DNA of 64,000 bases, taken from the NCBI GenBank assembly GCA_039588275.1, contig JBDHAC010000017.1, positions 1 through 64,000 on the forward strand, in the 5' to 3' direction. The notes under the pieces are model-generated. The model saw only the letters and a program-made list of their open reading frames with translations, ran no database searches and had not been told where the DNA came from. Position numbers and translations under genes: made by a program. Below, in pieces: positions 40,601 to 49,039 of this stretch. Source of the stretch: Gemmatimonadota bacterium. GTDB lineage: Bacteria > Gemmatimonadota > Gemmatimonadetes > Palauibacterales > Palauibacteraceae. Within the stretch, counting starts at the first letter, position 1, and the number at the start of each line of letters is the position of its first letter.

Positions 40601-41091
40601 AGGGCCGCGACGTACACGCGGTTGCGGTCGCGCGGGTCGATCACGATCCGGCCGACGGCCTGCGTGTCTTCCAGCCCCATCAGCTCCCACGTCATGCCGC
40701 CGTCGGTGGATTTGTAGACGCCCCCACCGGGCGAGATCGAATTGCGGGAGTCCTCCTCACCGGTGCCGGCCCACACCGTCTCCGGATCGCTGGGCGCGAT
40801 CGCGAGGTCACCCATCGAGATGACGCGCTCGTCATCGAACACGGGGCGGAATGTCGTCCCGTTGTTGATGGTCTTCCAGATGCCGCTCGTCGCGCCAGCG
40901 ACGTAGAACGTCTTGGTGCCTGGGACACCCTCGATGTCGGTAACCCTGCCCGACATGTTCGCCGGTCCGACGGACCGCCACGTCATGCCGGCCATGAACG
41001 CGGAATCTGCGACCGCTGGGGTCTGCGCGAGCACCACCTGAGGGGCCGCGACGAGCACGGCGACGACCCCGAGGATGAGGCGTGTGGACAT
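37645..41091 (-). CDS. Secreted VPS10/sortilin-like BNR-repeat beta-propeller protein (putative glycosyl hydrolase)
   Basis: WRSVGPANMSGR, repeated S.DGG.TW Asp-boxes, GGLQDN, RFNWNTP, GTHGRSIW; signal peptide. Confidence 0.88.
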   Translation of the reverse strand: MSTRLILGVVAVLVAAPQVVLAQTPAVADSAFMAGMTWRSVGPANMSGRVTDIEGVPGTKTFYVAGATSGIWKTINNGTTFRPVFDDERVISMGDLAIAPSDPETVWAGTGEEDSRNSISPGGGVYKSTDGGMTWELMGLEDTQAVGRIVIDPRDRNRVYVAALGHPWGHNEERGLYRTKDGGETWERVHYVSEKAGFVDLAMHPDDPDMLFATSWERVRGPWYLESGGPGSALWKSTDGGDTWTEVTGGGFPETEKGRIGIAIAQSDPDIMYAIVEAEDPECPTAEASEMGEAEAEAEEGQAEETGAEKAEAEESGADECADLHGSGLYRSGDGGDTWTFMNSSNTRPFYYSQVRVDPSDPDRVFWSSFYFSKDGGKTVGNAAVGVHVDHHAMWWDTADPDHIVVGNDGGIAVSWDKGGNYDFVNTMAMGQFYAVSYNMDVPYRVCGGLQDNYTWCGPSRRADGEIDNHMWYSIGGGDGFYAPQDPTDPDIVFGESQQGRIYWRNTATGERHSLQAPDWREETKALRDSIAILQGDDPEDVSADAQARIDALQLRVAADSAQYGLRFNWNTPLQLSPHDPQTLYIGSNKVLKWTYDTDEMEPLSGDLTYADPEKIEVAYNTTGGITRDVTGAENYATIVALAESPLTEGELYAGTDDGRVWRGPGSGEWIELTDRFEGVPPNTYVSRIEPSSHNARRFYVSFDGHRQDDYTPYVYATDDGGESFRSITSNLPRGGPDFVHVVREDPDNPNLLFVGTDVGVYVSTDRGGSWTKFMNGLPTVPVHDLKIHPREHELIAGTHGRSIWIADIAPLQQLANGALPSSPTVFAMKTAIQFGDVPVGGEFIAQRVFQGESADYGAEITYWVPESTAEELAEKAREEARERMAAAGGEEGAEGEAQAPEAEAAEGEAEVRREAMRARMAGARGSRQQGPQVQIAILDAAGDTVQTLTGPAHAGLNRTHWNLQKRAEREEQSPSERADSLRNIRLYKEVGDSLVTHEGANRQLVDRVIQLATGGDPQALRRMFGGGGGRGGGAGEATGWRERPGESYPEAGTGSGRAARPGGAGGPGGPGGFDPGEMRDTFLEIRSGMRARGANVGGFRGFGGGGGSLAAPGTYTVAVTIGDETYTTQVEVTRKDGFGFWDGRDSD

Positions 41092-41222
41092 CCTCTCAAC
41101 TCCTGTTTCGGAATGACGTATGGCAAGGACTGCGGCGAGGCCTCGTGGCAAGCGCCTCACATCGTGCTTAGAACACTTGAGCGTCCAACCGCGCTGTTCG
41201 CCAGATCCCTCGGTCTCCTTCC

Positions 41223-41681
41223 TCAGGCTCCGAACTGCCGGAGGTGGTGGTCAAAATGTTTGTAACTGAACAAGGCCCAGTCCCGCTGGCTCATCCGGCC
41301 GAAGTGTGGATGCTTCGGCCAATCTCGGTCTGACTCGAGGGCCAGGAACTGATCGACCAACTCGGTGAGAATGCCCAGGTCTTCGGTCCAGCCCGTCGGA
41401 TCGGCATGAAATGCCTCAGGTGGTCCCTTAATGCTGCCCTTCGGCCACGGCAGGACGTAGAGATAGAGCTCGCGAAGAACCGGATAGTTGACGGGGCTTC
41501 GTATGGCCGCGCATGACTCGTCCGCCAGCGTCATCCGCATCTGGTCGCAGAGGTGCGAGAGCATGCGGGGCGCCGTAAGGCTCCCCCACCTTGGTGGCTG
41601 GTCGGGGTTCAGGGCCGAGAGACGCTCGAAGAGCTCGGCGCGGTTCGAAGGGTTGTTGAGCGTCCGGAGCAGGTACGTCAT
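41223..41681 (-). CDS. DUF1569 / DinB-superfamily protein
   Basis: WG.LT...MLSHL, HPHFG.MS..DW....KHFDHHLRQFG. Confidence 0.85.
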   Translation of the reverse strand: MTYLLRTLNNPSNRAELFERLSALNPDQPPRWGSLTAPRMLSHLCDQMRMTLADESCAAIRSPVNYPVLRELYLYVLPWPKGSIKGPPEAFHADPTGWTEDLGILTELVDQFLALESDRDWPKHPHFGRMSQRDWALFSYKHFDHHLRQFGA

Positions 41682-41781
41682 CGGGCTCCTCGCGATGATT
41701 TGGCCGGCGATGATCCTGGTGCTGATGGAGAGTGATGGTGCAGGATGCCGGTGGCTCGCGGCAAGGGCTTCGGAGCGTAGA

Positions 41782-41908
41782 TGCCGGAGGTGGACCGGAG
41801 GGATCCCAGAGGCCGGACTCGGGGCGCGAGCGTAGCGAGGGTCGAGCGAGGACGCGGCAGCGGCCGCAGCTCCCACCCTCAAGGGACTATGTCCCACCGG
41901 ATTTTGAG
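41782..41908 (-). pseudogene. tRNA-Leu(CAA) 3' half (att-junction remnant) with expanded T-loop
   Basis: 41875-41908 is identical (34 bp) to tRNA 45320-45353; 41782-41790 matches the tRNA 3' end; the 10 nt between them are replaced by 84 nt. Confidence 0.85.
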
Positions 41909-42004
41909 ACCTGCGGAAGGGGTCACACAGAGCGGAAATCGTGTACCATTTGGGGCTTCCTCGCGCCCGACGTGTCCCTAGATGGCCCTACGTGACCCTC
42001 CGTT

Positions 42005-42026
42005 TTGTCACCGAGTTGTCACCGAG
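42005..42026. repeat. Tandem 11-bp direct repeat, putative integrase arm-type sites
   Basis: TTGTCACCGAG TTGTCACCGAG, about 100 bp from the CTCAAAA core of the 3' half. Confidence 0.65.
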
Positions 42027-42069
42027 ATCGACTGCCCCTGCTCCGCCCTCGCCTCGTCCGGTCCCCGCT

Positions 42070-42226
42070 GGAGCTGGCAGACGCGCCGGACTCAAAAGCG
42101 GCTCGCCACTCCGGCGTATTTCGCTGAAACGCCAGACGCCACGCGGCCTCATGCGCTATTCTAGCGTATCTCCAAAGCTCTGATACGCTCAGCTAGCGAA
42201 TCAGAACCCGCCCATAAACCCGCCCA
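42070..42226 (+). repeat. Truncated tRNA-Leu 5' half + att arm (inverted copy of 49040-49186)
   Basis: GGAGCTGGCAGACGCGCCGGACTCAAAA then GCGGCTCGCCACTCCGGCGTATTTCGCTG...; ends with AACCCGCCCA twice (42205-14, 42217-26). Confidence 0.85.
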
Positions 42227-42336
42227 GCGTGGGGTCGAACGAGAACTCGAGACCTTCTCCGAGCCTCGACCTCCTCGAACCGATGGCCTACGTTTACGAG
42301 GGCCTGATCCATACCCCCCGACGGGCCGCGCTGGTC

Positions 42337-45085
42337 ATGGACGCAACTGACTGGGAGCCTCTGAAACGGCTGTTCGAGCGGGCCAGCGCGTTGCCTGCGG
42401 AGGAGCAGGCTGCCTTCCTTGAGAGCGCCTGCGCAGACGACCCCAGTAAGCAAGCCCAACTCGAGTCGTTGTTGGCTGCCGCCCAGGAAGCCAACCCCTT
42501 TTTCGACAGCCTCGCCGATGCCGTCCTCTCGCTCCCGCAATGGACGGACGATTCAACCCCCTCTGCGGCTGCGGAACCCGATCCCTTGATCGGTCGGACG
42601 GTCCACCAGTACCGGATCGACGAGAAGCTCGGAAGTGGCGGCATGGGGGTCGTGTACCGCGCACTCGATACCGGTCTCGACCGAACGGTCGCGCTCAAGT
42701 TCCTCCCGCACCACCTGCGTGCGGACGACGCAGCCACGGAACGCTTCCTGGTCGAGGCCCGGGCCGCGGCGGCCCTGGACCACCCGAACGTGTGCACCGT
42801 GCACGAAATCGGGGAGGACGAGGACGGGCGGCAGTTCATCGCGATGGCCTGTTACGAGGGTGAGACGCTCAAACAGAAACTCGAGCGGGGGCCGCTCCCG
42901 ATCGACGAGGCGATCGATTACGCGCATCAGATGGCGGCTGGGCTCGGGGCTGCACACGCACACGACATTGTTCACCGAGACATCAAGCCGGGGAATGTGA
43001 TCGTCACGCCGGAAGGTGTCGTCAAGGTCCTGGACTTCGGCCTGGCGAAGCTGACCGATGTCACCCTCACTGGCACGGGCACCACGCTGGGCACGGTGGC
43101 CTACATGTCGCCGGAGCAGATCCAAGGCGAAGGAGTGGATCGGCGCACGGACCTGTGGTCACTGGGCGTGGTGCTGTACGAGATGCTGACTGGCGATCGC
43201 CCGTTTAAAGGGGACTCGACGGCGGTCGTGCTTCACGCCATCCAGCACGAGGATCCGCTCCCGCCCTCCGTTCTGCGGTCGGAAGTTCCACCGGAGATCG
43301 ATGCGGTTGTCGGGCAACTGATCACAAAGGACCCCGAGCAGCGGCCCGAGAGGGCCGAAGCTATGGGCCTGGGCAGCGGCGAGACGACCGTGCCCAAAGG
43401 CGTGTTCGGCAGGCCGACCGGGTTGGCGCGGCTCCGCTCGTGGCAGACCGTGGCGGTTCTGCCCCTCCTCGCCGTGGCCATCATCGTGGGCTGGGGGCTC
43501 ACCCGCCCGTCGGGTCCGTCTCTCGCGGTGCCGCGGACGGCGATCGCTGTGCTGCCGTTCGAGGACTTGAGCGTCGAGGCCGAGCATGCCTACTTCGCGG
43601 CCGGACTGCACAGCGAATTACTGACCCAGCTCATGAAGGTGGCGATGCTCACCGTCACGGCGCGCACGTCGGTTCTGGGCTATGCAGATACGTACAAGCC
43701 ACTCTCGGTGATTGCAGACGAGCTGGGCGTGGGAAGCATCGTCGAGGGCAGCGTCCAGGTCCTTGGCGATCGCTTGCGGGTGAATGTGACGCTCTTGGAT
43801 GGCGAGACCGGCGGGGACCTCTGGGCCGACAGCTATGGCGGCACGTTGGAGGACGCCTTCGCGGTCCAGAGCGCCATCGCCCAGCAGGTGGTGGTGGCGA
43901 TTGGAGGGGTCCTCACAGAGACCGAGGCGAGCGCGATTGCCACGCCGCCGACCGCCAATCCCGAGGCGTACCTGCTCTACTTGCAAGGCGAGGAGTACCG
44001 CACGCGGCGGACGAGTTTCGAGCCAGACCTCGAGATCGCACAGCAGTTTTACGAGCGGGCTCTCGCCATCGACTCGACGTTCGCGCTCGCGTATGCCTCG
44101 CTGTCCCAAGTCCACGCATTTCTCTACTGGATGGGACACGACCCGTCCCTCGGGCGGCTCGAGCGCCAGCGTGAGGCGGCGGAGGCGGCGCTCCGACTCG
44201 CCCCCGATCTTCCGCAGGCACGCTGGGCCATGGCGCTGGTGCACTACTATGGTGAGCGGGACTACACCCGGGCCCTCGAGGAGCTAACCGCCGCGGTTGA
44301 GGAGCTCCCGGGATCCGCCGAGCTGTGGATCTTTGTCGGTGCCTTACACCGCCGTTTGGGCCAATGGGATCATGCGGTGGCCGCGTTCGAGAAGGCCACG
44401 GCGCTGGACCCGCGCAACGCGAGTTCCATCGCCGAGGTCGGTAATACGCTCGAGTTCCTGCATCGCTATGAGGAGGCCATCGCGGCGTTTGACCGGGCAT
44501 TGAGATTGGCCCCGGACACTTGGTGGTGGCAGTTGACCAAGGCCACGATTTATCTCCGCTGGCTTGGTGAACTGGATACACTACGGAACACCCTACTGCG
44601 TGGACCCGAGGACTACGGCCCTTATGGCAGCCGGAACCTGTGGAGGGCGCGGTTGGCGCTCTGGGAGCGGGAGCCGGACACGGTGTTGGCGCTGCTCGCT
44701 GCGCCCGAGTCGGTGACGTTTGAGACGCAGGGTTCACGTGAGCCAGGGTTGCTGTACGTCGCGTGGGCCCACCAGCTACGTGGGGATCGTGAGGCCGCAG
44801 CTCGAGCCTTCACGGGTGCGTTGGCGCAGGCGGATTCGTTACTGCGCGAGTTCCCCGACGATTGGCGTCTGCGCGTATCACGGGGTCTGGCATTGGCCGG
44901 CGTGGGGCATGGAATGGAGGCACGGGCGGAAGCGGAGTGGCTTCGTGCGAATGTGCTGGGTCAGCATTACGACCGATCTAGGCGGTCCATCCATCACGGG
45001 CGTGCACGACCTACGGCTCGATCCACGGTGGGATCCGATCCGCGACGATCCACGGTTCCAGGCCCTCCTGGAACGCTACGAGTAG
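42337..45085 (+). pseudogene. Ser/Thr protein kinase with TolB-like and TPR domains, frameshifted near the 3' end
   Basis: LGSGGMGVVY, HRDIKPGN, DFGLAK, GTVAYMSPEQ, IAVLPFEDL, TPRs. The family-typical C-terminus LRLDPRWDPIRDDPRFQALL is in another frame after ~44975. Confidence 0.75.
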
Positions 45086-45300
45086 CAGCCGAGTCACCGA
45101 GGCACCACCGCCGAGCCGATCGGCTGACCCATCAGATTCCTATGCCGCGTAACAGCCCGACGCACAACGCGAACTCGAGATAGGCGGATTGGGCACTCGA
45201 GCGTTGGGGGGTAACCGCGAGCCGACTTGGCACCGGAACGCTCAGGTGGGACCCCAACGAAGACCACCGAAGGTCGGCTAAGTACAAGCAGGTCTTGAAA

Positions 45301-45385
45301 TGCCGGAGGAGGGACTCGAACCCTCAAGGGACTATGTCCCACCGGATTTTGAGTCCGGCGCGTCTGCCAGTTCCGCCACTCCGGC
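45301..45385 (-). tRNA. tRNA-Leu(CAA)
   Basis: GCCGGAG acceptor stem, CCGGA-CTCAAAA-TCCGG anticodon arm, long variable arm GGGACATAGTCCC, GAGGGTTCGAGTCCCTC T-arm; CCA not encoded. Confidence 0.95.
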
Positions 45386-45448
45386 GTGTCGTCAGAAACA
45401 GCTTGCACGCTACAACCCAGCAGCGTTCGGCCACTTTCGGTTTCGGCG

Positions 45449-45470
45449 TGCTGGGCGGCTCTGCTGGGCG
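45449..45470. repeat. Direct repeat CGCCCAGCA x2 (minus strand), putative arm-type sites
   Basis: TGCTGGGCG at 45449-57 and 45462-70, between the integrase remnant and the tRNA; shares CGCCCA with the repeats at 42205-42226. Confidence 0.55.
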
Positions 45471-45474
45471 AGGT

Positions 45475-45630
45475 TTACTTGACCTCCCGCAGCTCCACCC
45501 CGTGTGTCACGACCTTGAGCATCGTCGCATCGTCGGGCTGTTGATACGCCTGCTTGAGCGCCTCCAAGCTACTCCAGTCTACCGCCTGTGCAACGTCCAA
45601 ACCGGGCAGGCCCTTCCGCAACTTGCCCAC
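45475..45630 (-). pseudogene. C-terminal remnant of a tyrosine integrase
   Basis: Manual translation RKGLPGLDVAQAVDWSSLEALKQAYQQPDDATMLKVVTHGVELREVK* resembles an integrase box II (W...Y); it ends 90 bp from the tRNA. Confidence 0.6.
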
Positions 45631-46003
45631 AGCGGAGTCTCTGGGAGCTCTCCTGCCCTCCTAGCCCCGAACGCCCGTTCTCCGCCCGAACCCGCCCAGA
45701 GAACCCGTCCATTCGAGACCGATCGCGTCAGCGGTCGCGCTATTACGCGGCAGAGGAATCGTCTGGGTCAGCAGAAACGGGTGTAGGCGCGTCAGATCGG
45801 AAACGTATCGGACCACCTGTTGGACCCACATCCACAGGCGGTCGCATCGTGAACGTCACGGCGGGACCTCATTTGACCCCAACCGCTCACGCCCCGCTCC
45901 GCCACGACCTGCTGCAGTCTGCGCTGTGCCGCGACGCCATGCGCGGCGCCCGAATCTGGCCCGCGCCTCTGGGGCAAGCCCCTTGTCGTGGTGATCTGAG
46001 CCG

Positions 46004-46501
46004 TCAGCGGCGCGTTGCCGCGAACACGCCAGCCCGGGGGAAGTACAGACGGTCTGAGAACGTGCCGGTCGCCGTCTCGTTCGAGATCACCCCGGCTAGG
46101 CTCAGGACCTCGGTACCGGAGGGGGAGCCTCCCTCCTCGAACAGGACGATCAGGAGCTCGCTCCCGCCGGAGCCGAGCCGGAACTCCGCGGCGCCTTGAC
46201 GTGGCTCCCGGTCGGGGTCTCCGTTTTCGGCCGTCCAAACGCCCGACACCGCCTCTCCCGGCCGGAGCTCCGCTGACGCGACCGAGAACCTCGTCGGCAA
46301 GCCCGTCGGGGTCGGGTTCTGGCTGGTCTGTGTCAGCTCGATGCCGAACGTGATGGACGGGCTCGCGCCCGGGGTCCCGCTCGAGAAGTCATCGCCCGAG
46401 GCCACGTCGCCGAGCGGTTCGGGCGTCCCTGGCCCACACCCGATCATGAGGCTGATCAGGCCGAAAGCCACAAATGAGCGCCCCACATATCCCATGGCCA
46501 T
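46004..46501 (-). CDS. Hypothetical lipoprotein
   Basis: AGGAG RBS; hydrophobic signal ending MIGC; beta-rich mature domain. Confidence 0.65.
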   Translation of the reverse strand: MAMGYVGRSFVAFGLISLMIGCGPGTPEPLGDVASGDDFSSGTPGASPSITFGIELTQTSQNPTPTGLPTRFSVASAELRPGEAVSGVWTAENGDPDREPRQGAAEFRLGSGGSELLIVLFEEGGSPSGTEVLSLAGVISNETATGTFSDRLYFPRAGVFAATRR

Positions 46502-46649
46502 CTCCTCCTTCCTCGGTCTCCGGTACCCCCGGGCTCGGTCAATGATTCGACCCCGGGAATGTGTTCCGGGGGGGTCACCTGCCGCACAAACGGCGGCAGG
46601 TGACCGACCCGCGAGGCGCCCCGTTTCGATGGGAACGGGACCACCCAGC

Positions 46650-48212
46650 TCATTTCTTCTTGCCCTGGAATCTCACTTCACTGAAGAAAACGTCGGGATC
46701 ACCGAGGCGGCCATCCCCCCAAACCGCGAAGGTCCGATTGCCGCTCGTGGAAATGTCGTTGTAGTCGCCGAAGTTGGGAATGATGTCGGTGGCCGTAGCC
46801 GCCCAGTCTGTCCCGACATCGCTGACTCGCACATTGGGGCCGAAGGTGACCCCGCCATCCGTCGACTGCGCCATGAACGTGTTCGTGATCGACGTCCCGG
46901 CGTTGAGCCGCCGATCATACCACATCACATCTACGTTGCCCCCGGGCTCGACATGGACCATCGGCCAGAATTGGAGGGCCCCAGGGCCGTCGTCGTTCAC
47001 CAGCACGGGCGTGCTCCAGGACGCACCGCCGTCGTCCGAGTAGCTGAGGAAGACGTCGGCGTCCCCCAACACGGCGTCGTGATACGTAACGTACACCCGT
47101 CCCCGGTGTACCCCGGTCTGCGCGACGGCAATGCGTGGGAAATCGTTGATCGTGGGCCGGTTGTATCCCGAGGGCGGACTGAAGGCGATGGAGCTGATGG
47201 TAGACACGAGGCTGGGCGGGCCGAAGCTCGCCCCGCCGTCCGTCGACGTGGCGACCACGATGTCCGGGGTTGGGGACGTCAACCAGCCTCGTTCCCATAC
47301 CACGTAGACATCACCGTTCGGCGCAACGGCCGGCTCCGACCCCTGGTTGACCGTTCCGGCGATGATCGGACCCGCTACCACGGGCGCCCCGAAGGAGGCG
47401 CCGCCGTCGTGGGAGGCGACTACATCGATCTGAGAATTGGCAAACCCTACGAACCGTGTGTAGGTCACGTACACGTCGGTTCCCGTGTGGTCCACGTCGA
47501 TGAACTCTTTGTCAAGGAAGTCCACCGTCGAACTGGCAGCGTAGATGGGCGTGGCCCAGTTCACGGTGACCGCATCCGCCAGCCCGGTCGTGACGCAGAT
47601 GCCGCTGATCGCCCCGTCGAAGCAGAGGTCCGCAAACAGGAAGTCCTTGTCGTTGTTGACGGCCAGGGCTGGATCACCGCCGTGGATGAACCCCGCTGTG
47701 GCCATCCGAGGGAATCCGCCCCCATCTGTCCACGTCTGTCCCCGGTCGGTGGAGACCCCCCACCCAGAGAGGCCGTCAGCGGGGACGTAGAAGCCTGCCG
47801 CATCGTTCCAGGCCGCCACGAGCGTGCCCCCGGACGAGGCTATGCTGACTTCGCTCTGGCCCAGCCCCGGTTGGGCGCGGTTGTTCACGAGGACATCGGC
47901 CATGTCCGTCGGGCCGCTGGCCGCGGCGACGCGGGAGAACGAGGGCATGCCGATCGAGATACCGGAGCTCCGCCCGCGGCTGGTCCGAGCGTCCGCCGCG
48001 TCCGGCCTGCCGAACAGGAGCCGATACGACGCGGCCCCCAGGTAGTCCTTGTACGGTTCAGCACGTTCGGCCATCTGGTCCAACAGATCACTCTCTACGA
48101 CGCTGAGCGCGGGAGCGGCGCCCGGCTGCAGCGGCCCCCCCGAATCCTCGCAGGCCGCCATGGCGAACAGGGCCAGGCCCGCTGCGAAAGCGGGGATACG
48201 TTTCCTAAACAT
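46650..48212 (-). CDS. Sialidase-like BNR/Asp-box lipoprotein
   Basis: MAAC lipobox; repeated S.DGG.SF/W Asp-boxes; GGDP, DKEFI, GDYN, WGDGR motifs; AAGGAGG RBS. Confidence 0.82.
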   Translation of the reverse strand: MFRKRIPAFAAGLALFAMAACEDSGGPLQPGAAPALSVVESDLLDQMAERAEPYKDYLGAASYRLLFGRPDAADARTSRGRSSGISIGMPSFSRVAAASGPTDMADVLVNNRAQPGLGQSEVSIASSGGTLVAAWNDAAGFYVPADGLSGWGVSTDRGQTWTDGGGFPRMATAGFIHGGDPALAVNNDKDFLFADLCFDGAISGICVTTGLADAVTVNWATPIYAASSTVDFLDKEFIDVDHTGTDVYVTYTRFVGFANSQIDVVASHDGGASFGAPVVAGPIIAGTVNQGSEPAVAPNGDVYVVWERGWLTSPTPDIVVATSTDGGASFGPPSLVSTISSIAFSPPSGYNRPTINDFPRIAVAQTGVHRGRVYVTYHDAVLGDADVFLSYSDDGGASWSTPVLVNDDGPGALQFWPMVHVEPGGNVDVMWYDRRLNAGTSITNTFMAQSTDGGVTFGPNVRVSDVGTDWAATATDIIPNFGDYNDISTSGNRTFAVWGDGRLGDPDVFFSEVRFQGKKK

Positions 48213-49039
48213 CCCATCCTCCTTCCTTCTTAGGTAGGCCGGCGGAGCTTGGGCGCTCCGCCCGACGGGGCTGACGACCGGGAAGTCGGTTCTCCCGGTC
48301 TGCGCTTTGATCCTGCTGCCAGACAGGATCGTGGGCGCGATCGCCCGCGGTGAACGGTGGGGACGCACGAGAACCCTCCCGGCTTTCCCTCCCTCGCGCC
48401 GTCGTCGCGGCGCTCGGGAGGAGTGGCTAGGAGACAGATTTCGTGGGCTCCAAGGAACGATCGGTCGAATATGCGAGGAACATCCGGACTCGTTCCCTGT
48501 AAGTTGGACTTGCCAAACACGTGCGCCCCCTGTGGGTGTCGTGTTGCGGTAGCTGTCAGCTGGTGAGTTCCGTCACAGAGCCGCCAGCTGGCAGCTTTCT
48601 TGTTCTATGGTCGCCCGTCCCGCTCATCCCCGCTGGGAACTAGGCAGTCGCCTCCTTATATCCGCCAAGAACGAGAAACGGGACGCAACCCACAGGCTAC
48701 GCCCCGCTATTACTTTTCGTGGCTGTTCGAATTGGTCGGGTTAGAGAGTCCGCGAGACGTGAGCCGAGTTCGGTGCGAAGGGAGAGCTACGGGAGCGGCA
48801 AACCACTCAGGAGGTAGGCACCGTAGGATCCTGATGCTCATGCCCAAGACCCGCGCAAAAGACCACTTCCGCCCCGAGCCACAACCCACCAACTCTTGCA
48901 GTCTACCAGACCCGCACACGCACCGGCAAGAGGCGTTCGGCAAGAGGGGGACTAGACACCGCACCACCGACCTCGGGCGAAGGGGCGTCAGCTAACGAAT
49001 TGCGCGTCAGGGGAGTTGGTTGTCCGGAAGAAGAGCAGC

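Noticed and set aside
38197..41265. Very long antisense ORFs (also 22499-24259, 46341-48233, 59597-61249, etc.)
   Set aside because: Shadow frames of well-supported genes in high-GC DNA; no motifs.
42229..42336. Upstream extension of the kinase ORF (LDLLEPMAYVYEGL), faintly like an ECF sigma N-terminus
   Set aside because: Too short and degenerate to support; the start was placed at ATG 42337.
45792..45872. Short Cys-containing ORF MRSRRDVHDATACGCGSNRWSDTFPI as a RiPP precursor
   Set aside because: No modification enzymes nearby and no other coding evidence.
48660..48710. GGGACGCAA motif suggestive of a c-di-GMP-I riboswitch
   Set aside because: No GGCAAAC/GNRA P2 stem or P3 pairing, and no downstream plus-strand gene.
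48988..49012. GCTAACGAATTGCGCGTCAG resembling the left half of an attC site
   Set aside because: No complementary right half is visible.
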